Both the position numbers and the translations under genes were made by a program. Below the pieces are notes generated by a model. It was not told where the DNA came from. It saw nothing but the letters and a program-made list of their open reading frames with translations, and ran no database searches. This document shows positions 31,515 to 46,559 of a stretch of 64,000 nt of DNA, piece after piece (position 1 is the first letter of the stretch; every line of letters begins with the position of its first letter). This stretch comes from Eledone cirrhosa (Eukaryota): NCBI GenBank assembly GCA_964016885.1, contig OZ024743.1:82026001-82090000 (forward strand), written 5' to 3'.

Positions 31515-34495
31515 CAGCACCACTACCACATCTCCCCATTACAACACCATCACTTCCATATCTCCCCACCACCACACCACCACTACCACACCACCACCAC
31601 CACCACCACCACCAACACTACCACACCACCACCACCACCACCACCACCACACCAACACTACCACATCTCCCTACCACCACCACACCAACACTACCACACC
31701 ACCACCACCACCAACACCACTACCGCCACCACCACCATCACCACCACCACCACCACCACTAACACTACCACAACCACCACCACCACCACCAACACAACCA
31801 ACACCACCACCAACAACACCACTACCACCACCCTTACCACCACCACCACCACCACCAACACCACTACCGCCACCACCACCACCACCATCACCACCACAAC
31901 CACCAACACCACTACCGCCACCACCACCATCACCACCACCACCATCACCACCACCACCACCACTAACACTACCACAACCACCACCACCACCACCACCACC
32001 AACACCACCATCACCACCACCAACACCACTACCGCAACCACCACCACCAGCACCACCACACCAACACTATCACATCTCCCCACCCCCACCACCACTACCA
32101 CCACCACCACCACACCAACACTACCACATCTCCCCACCACCACCAACATCACCACTAACACCACGACAACCACCACCACCACCACCAACACCACCACCAC
32201 CAACACCACTACCGCCACCATCACCACCACCAACAACACTTCCACCACCACCACCACTAACACTACCACAACCACCACCACCACCACCACCACCAACACA
32301 ACCAACACTACCACACCACCACCAAACCAACACTACCACATCTCCCCACCACTACCACCACCACCAACACCACCACCACCACCACCATCACTAACACCAC
32401 CACAACCACCACCACCACCACCACCAACACCACCACCACTACCACCACCACCACCACCATCAACATCAGCACCACCAACACAACCAACACTACCGCCACC
32501 ACCACCACCACCACCACCACACCAACACTACCACGTCTCCCCACCACCACCAACCCCACCACTAACACCACGACAACCACCACCACCACCATCACCAACA
32601 CCACACCAACACTACCACACCACCACCACCGCACCAACACTACCACAACTCCCCCACCACCACCAACACCAACACCACCACACCAACACTACCACACCAC
32701 CACCAAACCAACACTACCACATCTCCCCACCACCACCACTACCACCACCACCATCACACCAACACTACCACATCTCCCCACCCCCACAACAACCACCACT
32801 AACACCGCCACAACCACCAACGCTACCATCACCAACACCACCACCACCACCACCACACCAACACTGCCACATCTCCCCACCACCACCAACACCATCACTA
32901 ACACCACCACAACCACCACCACCACCAACATCAACCCAACCACCACTACCACCACCACCACTACCACCAACACAACCAACACTACCACCACCACCACCAC
33001 CATCAACATCAGCACCACCAACACCACTACCGCCACCACCACCACCACCACCACCACCACCACACCAACACTACCACGTCTCCCCACCACCACCAACCCC
33101 ACCACTAACACCACGACAACCACCACGACAACCACCACCACCACCATCACCAACACCACACCAACACTACCACACCACCACCACCACCACACCAACACTA
33201 CCACAACTCCCCCACCACCACCACACCAACACTACCACACCACCACCAAACCAACACTACCACATCTCCCCACCACCACCACTACCACCACCACCACCAT
33301 CACACCAACACTACCACATCTCCCCACCCCCACAACCACCACCACTAACACCGCCACCATCACCAACGCTACCATCACCAACACCACCACCACCACCACC
33401 ACACCAACACTACCACATCTCCCCACCACCACCAACACCATCACTAACACCACCACAACCACCACCACCACCAACATCAACCCCACCACCACTACCACCA
33501 CCACCACTACCACCACCACCACTACCACCACCACCACCATCACCACCACCACCACACCAACACTACCACATCTCCCCACCACCACCACCACTACCACCAC
33601 CACCACTACCACCACTAACACCACCAACACTACCACCACCACCACCACTACCACCACCACCACCATCACCACCACCACCACACCAACACTACCACATCTC
33701 CCCACCACCACCACCACTACCACCACCACCACTACCACCACTAACACCACCACCACTACCACCACCACCACCACCACCACTACCACCACCACCACCATCA
33801 CCACCACCACCACACCAACACTACCACATCTCCCCACCACCACCACCACTACCACCACCACCACTACCACCACTAACACCACCACCACCAACACCACCAT
33901 CACCACTACCACCACTAACACCACCACCACCAACACCACCATCACCACTACCACCACCACCACCATCACCACCACCACCACACCAACACTACCACATCTC
34001 CCCACCACCACCACCACTACCACCACCACCACTACCACCACTAACACCACCACCACTACCACCACCATCACCACTACCACCACCACCACCATCACCACCA
34101 CCACCACACCAACACTACCACATCTCCCCACCACCACCACCACTACCACCACCACCACTACCACCACTAACACCACCACCACCAACACCACCATCACCAC
34201 CACACCAACACTACCACATCTCCCCACCACCACCAACACCACCACCACCACACCAACACTACCACAAGTCCCCACCACCACATCACCAACACCACCACCA
34301 CCCACCAACACTACCATATCTCCCCACCACCACCAACACCACCACTAACACCACCACAACCACCAACACCACCATCACCAACACCACCACCACCACACCA
34401 ATACTACCACATTTCCCCACCACCACCAACACCACCACCAACACCAACACAACCACCACCACTACCACCACCACCACCCCCACTACCACCACTAC
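31515..34495. repeat. ~3-kb (CAC)n/(CAA)n low-complexity satellite
   Basis: Trinucleotide runs punctuated by acaccaacactaccacatctcccc. Confidence 0.95.
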
Positions 34496-34577
34496 TATAC
34501 AACACTCTTTATGGTCATGGCTGCCATTAAACGCTAAGTCAAACTGTTTGGCTCCCTGCCAGTTCTGTCTTCACTGG

Positions 34578-36890
<2,313 letters not shown>

Positions 36891-37068
36891 GAGGGGGTGC
36901 AGTGGAGATAGAGATATGTAAAACCCCGACTGCGGCCATATCTCTATACCCACTCTACATCTCCCCGTGTATTGAGTACTCCCATTATTAGTGGTCTCCT
37001 CGCTCTCAGCACCACAGTCTCTCCCTCTCTCTCTCTCTATCTCTCTCACTATCCCCCTCTCTCTCGCG

Positions 37069-37099
<31 letters not shown>

Positions 37100-37215
37100 C
37101 ACATACATATATAAATAGATTTATATACATACAAAGTACTGTTATTCATAATCTACAATGCACTGTAGCTTCTATTAGTACATATATATATAAACAGACA
37201 CACATTTTATATATA

Positions 37216-37251
<36 letters not shown>

Positions 37252-37841
37252 TGTATGTATGTACTATATTTTAATCCATTTTACTATAGTGTATCACTCA
37301 CAGCACTGCCATAGCTGTATGTAGTAAAGAGAGCAATTAATTTTCTTAGTAGCTGGCCTCCTTAAGAAATATTTTCATACCGATAGGTCACACTCTACTA
37401 TTACTACTATTAGTACATATGAACAACATACAGCTTGCTGGACGTGAAGATCTCGTCTTTGGTGACGTGGGTAACAAGAATATAACAACCTTCTCTCGAA
37501 TACATCGTATATATCTATCTCTCTATATAGTCTGGAACTAGCTGTAGAAACGGCTAGAGCTTGCTGTCAGGTCCGATTATTTATAATATAACTATACTAA
37601 AACTAGGTACACCTATTACTCTGTGGAGTAATGGTCTAACTAGTTTTAAACTGGTTCTTCCTGGTATATATATACATATATATAGATATATATAGATTTT
37701 GAGTTTATGTTTGTTGTATACCACACCTTAGTATGCAGGCTGGAGCACTCGACGAAGTGCGCAGGTTGGTTTGGTTACTCCGGAGTAGTGTAAAATAAAG
37801 TTAAATAAAAGTCAAATGATTAAAATTTAGCTTCGTTTATT

Positions 37842-37896
37842 ACTGCTATATATATTTCAGTGACAGCCATCTTTGGCTGTGACCTCTTCAGGCAGT
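37842..37896 (-). ncRNA. Type I hammerhead ribozyme
   Basis: acugc-CUGAAGA-ggucacagcc-aaagau-ggcugucacu-GAAAU-auau-AUA-gcagu; perfect 5-bp stem I. Confidence 0.8.
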
Positions 37897-38012
37897 TTGA
37901 ATTAGTATGGTATAGACAAGTACATATGTTGTTTAGGTGTATAATATTGTCAATACTCTGATATGCCCAGTTCCTTGTTGGGTTGTTAATTCACTGAGGA
38001 ACTGGAGTCATA

Positions 38013-38058
<46 letters not shown>

Positions 38059-38116
38059 CTAGGAAGAACCAGTTTTAGTATAGTTATATTATAAATAATC
38101 GGGACCTGACAGCAAG

Positions 38117-38171
<55 letters not shown>

Positions 38172-38271
38172 TATTTAATAAATATTTGCTCTAGGGTTCT
38201 TATATATTTGATATATATTTTTCCTTATCGAGCCCTCTTTGGATTTTAGTCTTCGCATTTATCATTATTAC

Positions 38272-38312
<41 letters not shown>

Positions 38313-38776
38313 ATGTGTGTGTGTGTGTGTGTGTGCGCGTGCGTGTGTATCGTTACGGGATCAATAAAATAAAGTACCAGTAATGAACTGAGATAAATTC
38401 CTGGCCTTGTGCCAAAAGTAGAAACAGTTATATACGATACATACTACGTTACCGTAGTCGTACATAGCAAAATATATATTTTCTTAAAAAGAGGTCTTCT
38501 TGATATATGTGTGTATGTAATTGTAAATGTATGGGTATGTGTGTATGGATATATGCGAGAGTGAGAGCATGTATGTGATGGAGAGTGTGTGAGTGTATGT
38601 GAGGATGAGTGTATGTGTGTATGGTATGTGGGTGTAATTTAAAACTATCTTCTGAAGGGGGTCGGGACGAAATGACAGTTAAATAATTCCTAATTATTTC
38701 AAACGACGTTATTGACCTGTAGAAGTCATCACTATATGAAATTATATACACTCATACATATATACATATATACGTG

Positions 38777-38811
<35 letters not shown>

Positions 38812-38816
<5 letters not shown>

Positions 38817-38933
38817 AAAATGTTCAAGACCCCGACGGCAGAGCTCAAGCCGTTTCGACGGCTATTTCTGGCTCCAGAAATAGCCGTCGAAACGGCTTGA
38901 GCTCTACCGTCGGGGTCTTAAAAATGTTCCTAT
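38812..38933. repeat. ~60-bp-arm palindrome with a 2-nt loop, carrying the 3' half of a hammerhead on each strand
   Basis: Near-perfect arms around 38872-38873; GAAACGG..CCGUC at 38889-38911. Confidence 0.9.
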
Positions 38934-39009
38934 TACCCACTCTACTACCCAAAATATTGAGAACTCTGGTGCGTTATGGTCCACCTGGTTCCTTACCACA
39001 CTTCCTTCG

Positions 39010-39073
<64 letters not shown>

Positions 39074-39129
39074 TCTTTTACTGTTTTACCTGAGGTCATG
39101 CTGGGGCACCGCCCTTGCTGTTACACATT

Positions 39130-39400
39130 CTATCTCCAGCCTGTGTTGGCTGACCATTGGTGTAAGAGGGAGTTCGTTGCTGCTACACTTAGGTTACCTT
39201 CGTACCGTGCTGTGGGCTCATCCGGGATCCTGGATAGCAGGGTGTCAAGATGTTTCTTGAAAACATCCATGTCCACACCATACTGATTTCTCAAATTTCT
39301 TGACAGCTTTTTGAAGAGTTGAGGGCCTTTGAACCCCAGGCTATTGCAATATCTGCTCCTTATTCTAGATGTGGAAGACGGGACCTTTGGCACTATACAG
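39130..39400 (-). mobile_element. LINE 3' end (CR1/L2-group-like)
   Basis: NSLGFKGPQLF..LRN..DVFKKHLDTLLSRIPDEP..AATNSLLHQ. Confidence 0.7.
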
Positions 39401-39769
39401 TGGCTAAATAGTGAGTCTTGTTACTCTAGAGTTAGCCTAATTAAAATGAATATTAAATCTCTTCTTCGGTATTGAGGACTCTTTTCTCTCAGTCGTCAAC
39501 CACATACAGCTACACACACATACACACACACACACAAATACACACACACACACGCACTCACACACACACACACACACACACACACAGTCGAAGCTGATCT
39601 AACACATAGACTTGTGCTAATTCTACTATATATAACGGTAGGGGATTGGCAGACATGTTAGAACGTCTGCGATATTTGTTGTCTCATTACTGAGTTAATT
39701 TAATCAACTTTGGCCTTTACACATATTTGCTGGCCTTGCGCTTGAATTAGAAATATATATATATATTTA

Positions 39770-39800
39770 TACGAGGTGTTGGTGAAAAGTTCCTGGCTTG
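39770..39800 (+). mobile_element. Isolated mariner-like TIR
   Basis: TA-CGAGGTGTTGGTGAAAAGTTCCTGGCTT; no partner end seen. Confidence 0.4.
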
Positions 39801-39974
39801 ATCACTGCTACCGAGGCTTAAAATATTACCGGTTTCGATAAGTAAATTCATCTTATCAAACATTAAATTAAAAAAAGTCAAAGATTAAAATTTGAAAAGT
39901 TGGAAGTTAAAAAAGTCTCTTCATTTCTATGTAATGAGAATATCTGACCATCCATATATAATATAGATAATATA

Positions 39975-40115
39975 TGTGTTAAGATTCGCCTGCCCATTGA
40001 AAGACGTTCCTGCAATCTTTGTGTAATGGAAGTGTTGGAAATTACGACTCAATGAAATCTGTTGAACTCTCGACGTGATACAATCTTTAACTGCCAACAT
40101 AATGTATTAAAGACT
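39975..40115 (+). mobile_element. PLE GIY-YIG C-terminal remnant
   Basis: RSCNLCVMEVLEI..LLNSRRDTIFNCQH; a degenerate HHR lies on the minus strand at 39806-39863. Confidence 0.55.
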
Positions 40116-40572
40116 TTCGCTAAATATCACTCTGACTAGCATAGGATTGGATCGTGTGTCTCTGTATCCACTCTACTTGAAATACTTCCCCCTTACACCA
40201 CTTCTCGTCACCTTTATTTGTCTCGGTGCCCGCTTGTCCCCTATATTGCTGGTTTCTGTTGAGATAAAACCTAATACTTCGGCCCCTATTTTAATTCATA
40301 GCCTTTCAACGATATCTTATCATCTCTGGTCACTTGGGTCTATTTTTCTATTCTCTCTTTTATGTATATGATTTAAGCAGGTCCCTTGACCAGCCTTAGT
40401 CCTTCCTCTTTGTAAACTCCCTCTGCTTACAACTCCAATATTCTCCTCATTGGTCATTTGGACTGTGACCCCCCGCCCCACTTATAAATCTAGTAAACTT
40501 GGTATAATTATTGTAATTTATGTACTTACTATTTATTTATTTATTATTTTTGCTTATTGTTTTTGTTATATT

Positions 40573-41080
40573 TTCGACTGCTTGTATTCGTGATCGCATT
40601 CTTTCGGTCATTGCCAAGGATTCATAGCCATAGGCAATGGTTGACATGAATACCGAATTGAAGATAGCTAGTTTGGCTTTTCCGCCTTCCTCCCTTCTGA
40701 TTACTGAATGCTGAGATTTATGAGAATGAAGGGTCTTTGGAGTAACGTTACTCGATAAAGTGTGTAGCTCAGAGATGAGAGAGTCACTCCAGGTAGAGCC
40801 ACTACGTCTCCGAATTGAGAGATCACAGCTCCGATACTATGGTCATGTGGTTAGAATGTCTCAGGAAAGAATCACTGGACAGATTTCACGGGTAAAACCA
40901 ACTGGCAAGAGACCCAGGGGTAGACCACGAGCAAAATGGTTTAATAACATCCATAAGCTCGGCTGATCTCGCCGGATCAGTTGGAGATGGTTGCTTCTGA
41001 CATGACCCGCTGGAAAGAGTGTTTGAGGACTCTGACCCCATGACTCTCTCAGCAATATGTGGGCAAAGAAGAAGAAGGAA
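40573..41080. mobile_element. RTE-type LINE with inverted 5' segment (- 40573-40690; + 40705-41080)
   Basis: Minus piece KLAIFNSVF..RMRSRIQAVE continues into plus piece RVFGVTLLD..GKRPRGRP; (GAA)n tail. Confidence 0.75.
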
Positions 41081-41138
41081 TCCCTAGGTATTGAGTACTC
41101 ATTTTAACAACCATTTATACTATACATACATCTCTCTC

Positions 41139-41173
<35 letters not shown>

Positions 41174-41458
41174 TGGGGGGATCCCATCGATAAAAAGGCC
41201 GAGACAGGGACATCAAACATGGAATATGTACAACTGGTACATCCAGAGGTGACTGGGAAAGGAACATGGAAAGAAAGAAATCCTATCATCGTCTACCCCC
41301 TTTCAATATTTTACTGGTTTCCATTGCTAAGGTAACTGAATCCTTAAACCTCACCATAGCAACAAAATAAAGTAGTTCCAGTACTGTCCGGGAATTAAGA
41401 CAACATGGAGAGAAACAAAACACCTGAAAAGGAGCAGAAGACATGGAAATACCTGCAA

Positions 41459-41680
41459 ATAATGGTTTCTGATTTAGGCACAAGGACAGCAATTTATGGG
41501 TGAGAGGGGAAAGTCGATTAAATCGACCCCAGTGTATTACTGGTGCTTTATTTTATTGACCCCGTAAGAATGAGAGGCAAAGCTAACCTCGGCAGTATTT
41601 GAACTCAGAACATTAAGGCCCGAACTCTAGGCCACACAACCTATTGTCCGACGCTCTATCAATTACTGCCAAGCCATCGT
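41459..41680 (-). mobile_element. SINE family A
   Basis: Reverse complement of B-box, core and tail. Confidence 0.8.
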
Positions 41681-41997
41681 CCAAACCTACCAATAATAAA
41701 ATAGCTGACTATGATAAAGTTCACAGTCTATAGGTGTTAGACTAAATAATATATAAAATAGAACAGCTCATCATATTAACCTGCAAGTGTCTGAGCATTC
41801 TTTACAGATGTGAATCCTTAATGTAATTCTCTGACCCTTTCATTTACAGGTACAGGCCATTCTAAGGGCTTCCCCTATTTTACTCACAACACTTCACTCT
41901 AGCCCTTACCTATGATGCCGCCTTATAATATCGTCCCCAGAAGATTTTGATTGTGTAATGGACTTCTAAACCCCTCAGCCATGTTATGTCCACTGTG

Positions 41998-42600
41998 ATG
42001 GAGTGAAGGGTCAGATGAGCTGGAGTGAAAGGGTCAGATGAGATGGAGTGGAGTGGAAGGTCAGATTAGATGGAGTAAGGGGTTAGATGAGATGGAGTGG
42101 AGGGTCAGATATGATGGAGTGAAGGGTCAGATGAGATGGAGTGAAGGGTCAGATGAGATGGAGTGAAGGGTTAGATGAGGTGGAGTGAAGGGTCAGATGA
42201 GGTGGAGTGGCGTGGAAGGTCAGATTAGATGGAGTGAAGGGTCAGATGAGATAGAGTGAAGGGTTAGATGAGATGGAGTGAGGGGTCAGATGAGGTGGAG
42301 TGAAGGGTCAGATGAGATGGAGTGAAGGGTCAGATGAGGTGGAGTGGAGTGGAAGGTCAGATTAGATGGAGTGAAGGGTCAGATGAGATGGAGTGAAGGG
42401 TTAGATGAGATGGAGTAGGGTGAAGGGTCAGATGAGATGGAGTGAAGGGTCAGATGAGATGGAGTGGAGAGTTAGATGAGATGAAGTGAAGGGACAGACG
42501 AGATGGAGTGGAGGGACAGATGAGATGAGACTGACACTTGATAAGATGGAGTGGAGGGACAGATGAGATGAGACTGACACTTGATAAGATGGAGTGAAGG
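41998..42600. repeat. 22-bp minisatellite
   Basis: gagtgaagggtcagatgagatg with variants. Confidence 0.93.
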
Positions 42601-42828
42601 ATAACATCATTTGTGAAGGAATAGGTGTTGTTTTGAGAGAGAGAAAGTAATCCCTTAATATACAAGAGGGCAACAGTGAGAGGGATTACAGAACATTTAG
42701 GCTCAAAGTCGATAGATTTTCGCCCCAAAAGGAGCAGTGTCAGCAAAGAGGGCAATGGAGAGGGGCGGGGGTCTCTGAAAATTAGAAATATTTCCAGATT
42801 AAGAAATGAAAGGAAGATATTTTATGTA

Positions 42829-43045
42829 GGCGGTGGTTTGGCAGTCTCGGTAGAGCATCAGACACCATGATTTGCAGCAGAGTCATGGCCCTTTGCGTTC
42901 TGAGTTCAAATCTGCCGAGGTTAACTTTACCTTTCATCCTTACGAGGTCGATAAGATAAAGTACCAGTGATGCTCTAGGGTAATCGCTGGCCTTGTGCCA
43001 AAAGTTGAAACTCCTGGCATTGTGCCAAAAGTAGAAACAATATTT
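42829..43045 (+). mobile_element. SINE family A
   Basis: Head, core and duplicated tail. Confidence 0.85.
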
Positions 43046-43080
43046 TATATAGGTAACTTTGCTGAAATGTTATTTGCTAG

Positions 43081-43152
43081 AAATACCTGATAAAGGTGAA
43101 GAGTTTGTTGATGTCAGGTACCAGGAGATTGCTTCTAACGGGGTTCTCACCA
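43081..43152 (+). CDS. Candidate 72-nt phase 1-1 exon
   Basis: ttatttgctag | (E)IPDKGEEFVDVRYQEIASNGVLT | gtaagg. Confidence 0.3.
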
Positions 43153-43585
43153 GTAAGGAACTACTAGGGATAATATTTCTTTGTATCATTCAAGTAGATA
43201 AATAAATACAACCGTCACTCATAATCGGGGATGACGTGGTAATATGTACCATACATTTGTTAAGGGCTTTAAGTGCCTATGCTGTCGTGAGGGGACTCAT
43301 ACACTCTCTCGACAATCCCTTGATGCAGAATAGCATCCAGTATGTGACACCCGGAAGAAAGTTTATTACTCCAATACTGGGTTGGTATTTTATTTAGTGA
43401 CCTCGAAAATATGAACGGTACAGTGGACCTCGGTGGGATCTGAACTCAAACCTAGGGCCCAGAACAGATTACCTGCGTTCTATTAAATCGACTGCTTTAA
43501 ACCTATATTATGTTTATGATTGATACACATATCAGGCCAACAGATGTGTGGTCTTTTTTGTCAGACTTTTCTACCTTTATAGTAG

Positions 43586-43783
43586 CCACTACATGTTGGA
43601 ACCTACTGGTCTTCAGCCACCCCTAACCAGGCACTCCTAACTCTCTCCTTCACATGTTGTATCCAGCTCCCATGCTCCATACTAACCACTACATCCAGCC
43701 CTTCCTCCCAAGAACACAATGTTCCACACATTAAGATCAAACGGGAACAAGATGTTTGCGAAGTGAAACCCTTAAATACGCAG
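43586..43783 (+). CDS. Candidate 198-nt phase 0-0 exon
   Basis: ttttctacctttatagtag acceptor; open frame ending PSSQEHNVPHIKIKREQDVCEVKPLNTQ; CAG|GTATGT donor; phase does not fit the neighbouring candidates. Confidence 0.25.
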
Positions 43784-44161
43784 GTATGTGGGCTTGTCAT
43801 CACTGTTTCAGAAACTTTAAATATAACACCCTCTAGATTAACATTTCCTGCTCAGTAACTTGACGAAACTCCTTGTAGAAAACGCATGCCCGATGTACTA
43901 CATAAAGGGACTGAATCTGGAATTAGGAGTTTCTGAAGTGACCCTTTTAACAACACACCCATGCCTGCAAGGGATACCTAAGTAAATCATAAAAGCCCCT
44001 AGATTAACGTTTCCTACCCAACAACAAAACTTCTTACAGATGATTTTAAAATAACTAATGACAAAATGAAACGATAGCGAAATAATTTAATTTTCTTTTA
44101 TCTATCACTGCTACTCCTCCGCCATTAGTACAACACCTCCACCATCAGCTCACGAGGCACT

Positions 44162-46042
44162 CCACTATATACCAGCCCCCACCACCACTATATACCAGCC
44201 CCCACCACCACTATATACCAGCCCACCACCACTATATACCACCCTCCACTATATACCAGCCCCCACCACCACTATGTACCACCCCACTCCCACCCTTCAC
44301 TATATACCACCCCACTGCCACCCTCCACTATATACCACCCCACTCCCACCCTCCACTATATACCACCCCACTCCCACCCTCTACTATATACCACCCCACT
44401 TTCACCCTTCACTATATACCACCCCACTCCCACCCTCCACTATATACCACCCCACTGCCACCCTCCACTATATACCACCCCACTGCCACCCTCCACTATA
44501 TACCACCCCACTGCCACCCTTCACTATATACCAACCCACTCCCACCCTCCACTATATACCACCCCACTTTCACCCTCCACTATATACCACCCCACTTCCA
44601 CCCTCCACTATATACCACCCCACTGCCACCCTCTACTATATACCACCCCACTCCCACCCTCCACTATATACCACCCCACTGCCACCCTCCACTATATACC
44701 ACCCCACTTTCACCCTCCACTATATACCACCCCACTCCCACCCTCCACTATATACCACCCCACTGCCACCCTCTACTATATACCACCCCACTCCCACCCT
44801 CCACTATATACCACCCCACTGCCACCCTCTACTATATACCACCCCACTCCCACCCTCCACTATATACCACCCCACTCCCACCCTCCACTATATACCACCC
44901 CACTGCCACCCTCCACTATATACCACCCCACTCCCACCCTCCACTATATACCACCCCACTGCCACCCTCTACTATATACCACCCCACTCCCACCCTCCAC
45001 TATATACCACCCCACTCCCACCCTCCACTATATACCACCCCACTCCCACCCTCCACTATATACCACCCCACTGCCACCCTCCACTATATACCACCCCACT
45101 CCCACCCTCTACTATATACCACCCCACTGCCACCCTCCACTATATACCACCCCACTGCCACCCTCTACTATATACCACCCCACTGCCACCCTCTACTATA
45201 TACCACCCCACTCCCACCCTCCACTATATACCACCCCACTGCCACCCTCCACTATATACCACCCCACTCCCACCCTCCACTATATACCACCCCACTGCCA
45301 CCCTCCACTATATACCACCCCACTGCCACCCTCTACTATATACCACCCCACTCCCACCCTCCACTATATACCACCCCACTGCCACCCTCTACTATATACC
45401 ACCCCACTCCCACCCTCCACTATATACCACCCCACTCCCACCCTCCACTATATACCACCCCACTCCCACCCTCCACTATATACCACCCCACTGCCACCCT
45501 CCACTATATACCACCCCACTGCCACCCTCCACTATATACCACCCCACTGCCACCCTCCACTATATACCACCCCACTGCCACCCTCTACTATATACCACCC
45601 CACTCCCACCCTCCACTATATACCACCCCACTCCCACCCTCCACTATATACCACCCCACTCCCACCCTCCACTATATACCACCCCACTCCCACCCTCTAC
45701 TATATACCACCCCACTCCCACCCTCCACTATATACCACCCCACTCCCACCCTCTACTATATACCACCCCACTCCCACCCTCCACTATATACCACCCCACT
45801 GCCACCCTCCACTATATACCACCCCACTCCCACCCTCTACTATATACCACCCCACTCCCACCCTCCACTATATACCACCCCACTCCCACCCTCCACTATA
45901 TACCACCCCACTGCCACCCTCTACTATATACCACCCCACTGCCACCCTCTACTATATACCACCCCACTCCCACCCTCCACTATATACCACCCCACTCCCA
46001 CCCTCCACTATATACCACCCCACTGCCACCCTCTACTATATT
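44162..46042. repeat. 28-bp minisatellite (~63 copies) preceded by shorter related units
   Basis: ccactatataccaccccactcccaccct (period 45001 to 45029). Confidence 0.98.
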
Positions 46043-46340
46043 CCAGTCCAGAAATCGACTGAAATATTTAATGATTCTTCTTCAGAGTCAGGAATAGAAA
46101 TAAAATACCAAAATATTTCAACACTTCTCTCTCGTCGCCAAAATCTATTTAAAGATAATAATTCGATCATCGAAATCGACTTCTTTAGAAAACTGCTTCG
46201 TTTTTCAATAAATATTTCTTTCTATAATCTTCACGAATTAAATATAACATTTTTTGTTTTTCATTAAGAGAGAAGCCATTAATACTAATTATCACATATA
46301 ATTATTTCTTCATTTAAGTTTAATCAATTTTTCTATTCAG

Positions 46341-46399
46341 ATAAATTAGGCCGGATTCCAGCAGACTTGTTCAAATTAAACAATCCCCAATATGATTGA
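46341..46399 (+). CDS. Candidate terminal exon
   Basis: Acceptor taatcaatttttctattcag; phase-1 frame (N)KLGRIPADLFKLNNPQYD*. Confidence 0.3.
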
Positions 46400-46504
46400 T
46401 CGATTCCTTGATTGATTGACTGACTGATTCAGTTATCGATCTGTTGTCACTCGAATTTTCACCAATGATTGTCTCTTGAAATGGGCGCCTGTTCATCAAA
46501 ATTA

Positions 46505-46512
46505 TCTTTTTT

Positions 46513-46559
<47 letters not shown>

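Noticed and set aside
31373-34492. Poly-Val/His/Thr ORFs (also 53912-54721 and 61269-62172)
   Set aside because: Trinucleotide low-complexity DNA
38650-38725. Possible hammerhead (CUGAAGG..GAAA..GUA)
   Set aside because: Core mismatch and an unconvincing stem III
41820-41930. Strong-looking splice acceptor ctgaccctttcatttacag
   Set aside because: Appears to be an antisense remnant of the SINE body at 17625-17720; all frames stop soon after
44274-46097. Extensin- or adhesive-like 607-aa protein
   Set aside because: The 28-bp period cycles through all three frames, which argues against codon-level selection; no signal peptide
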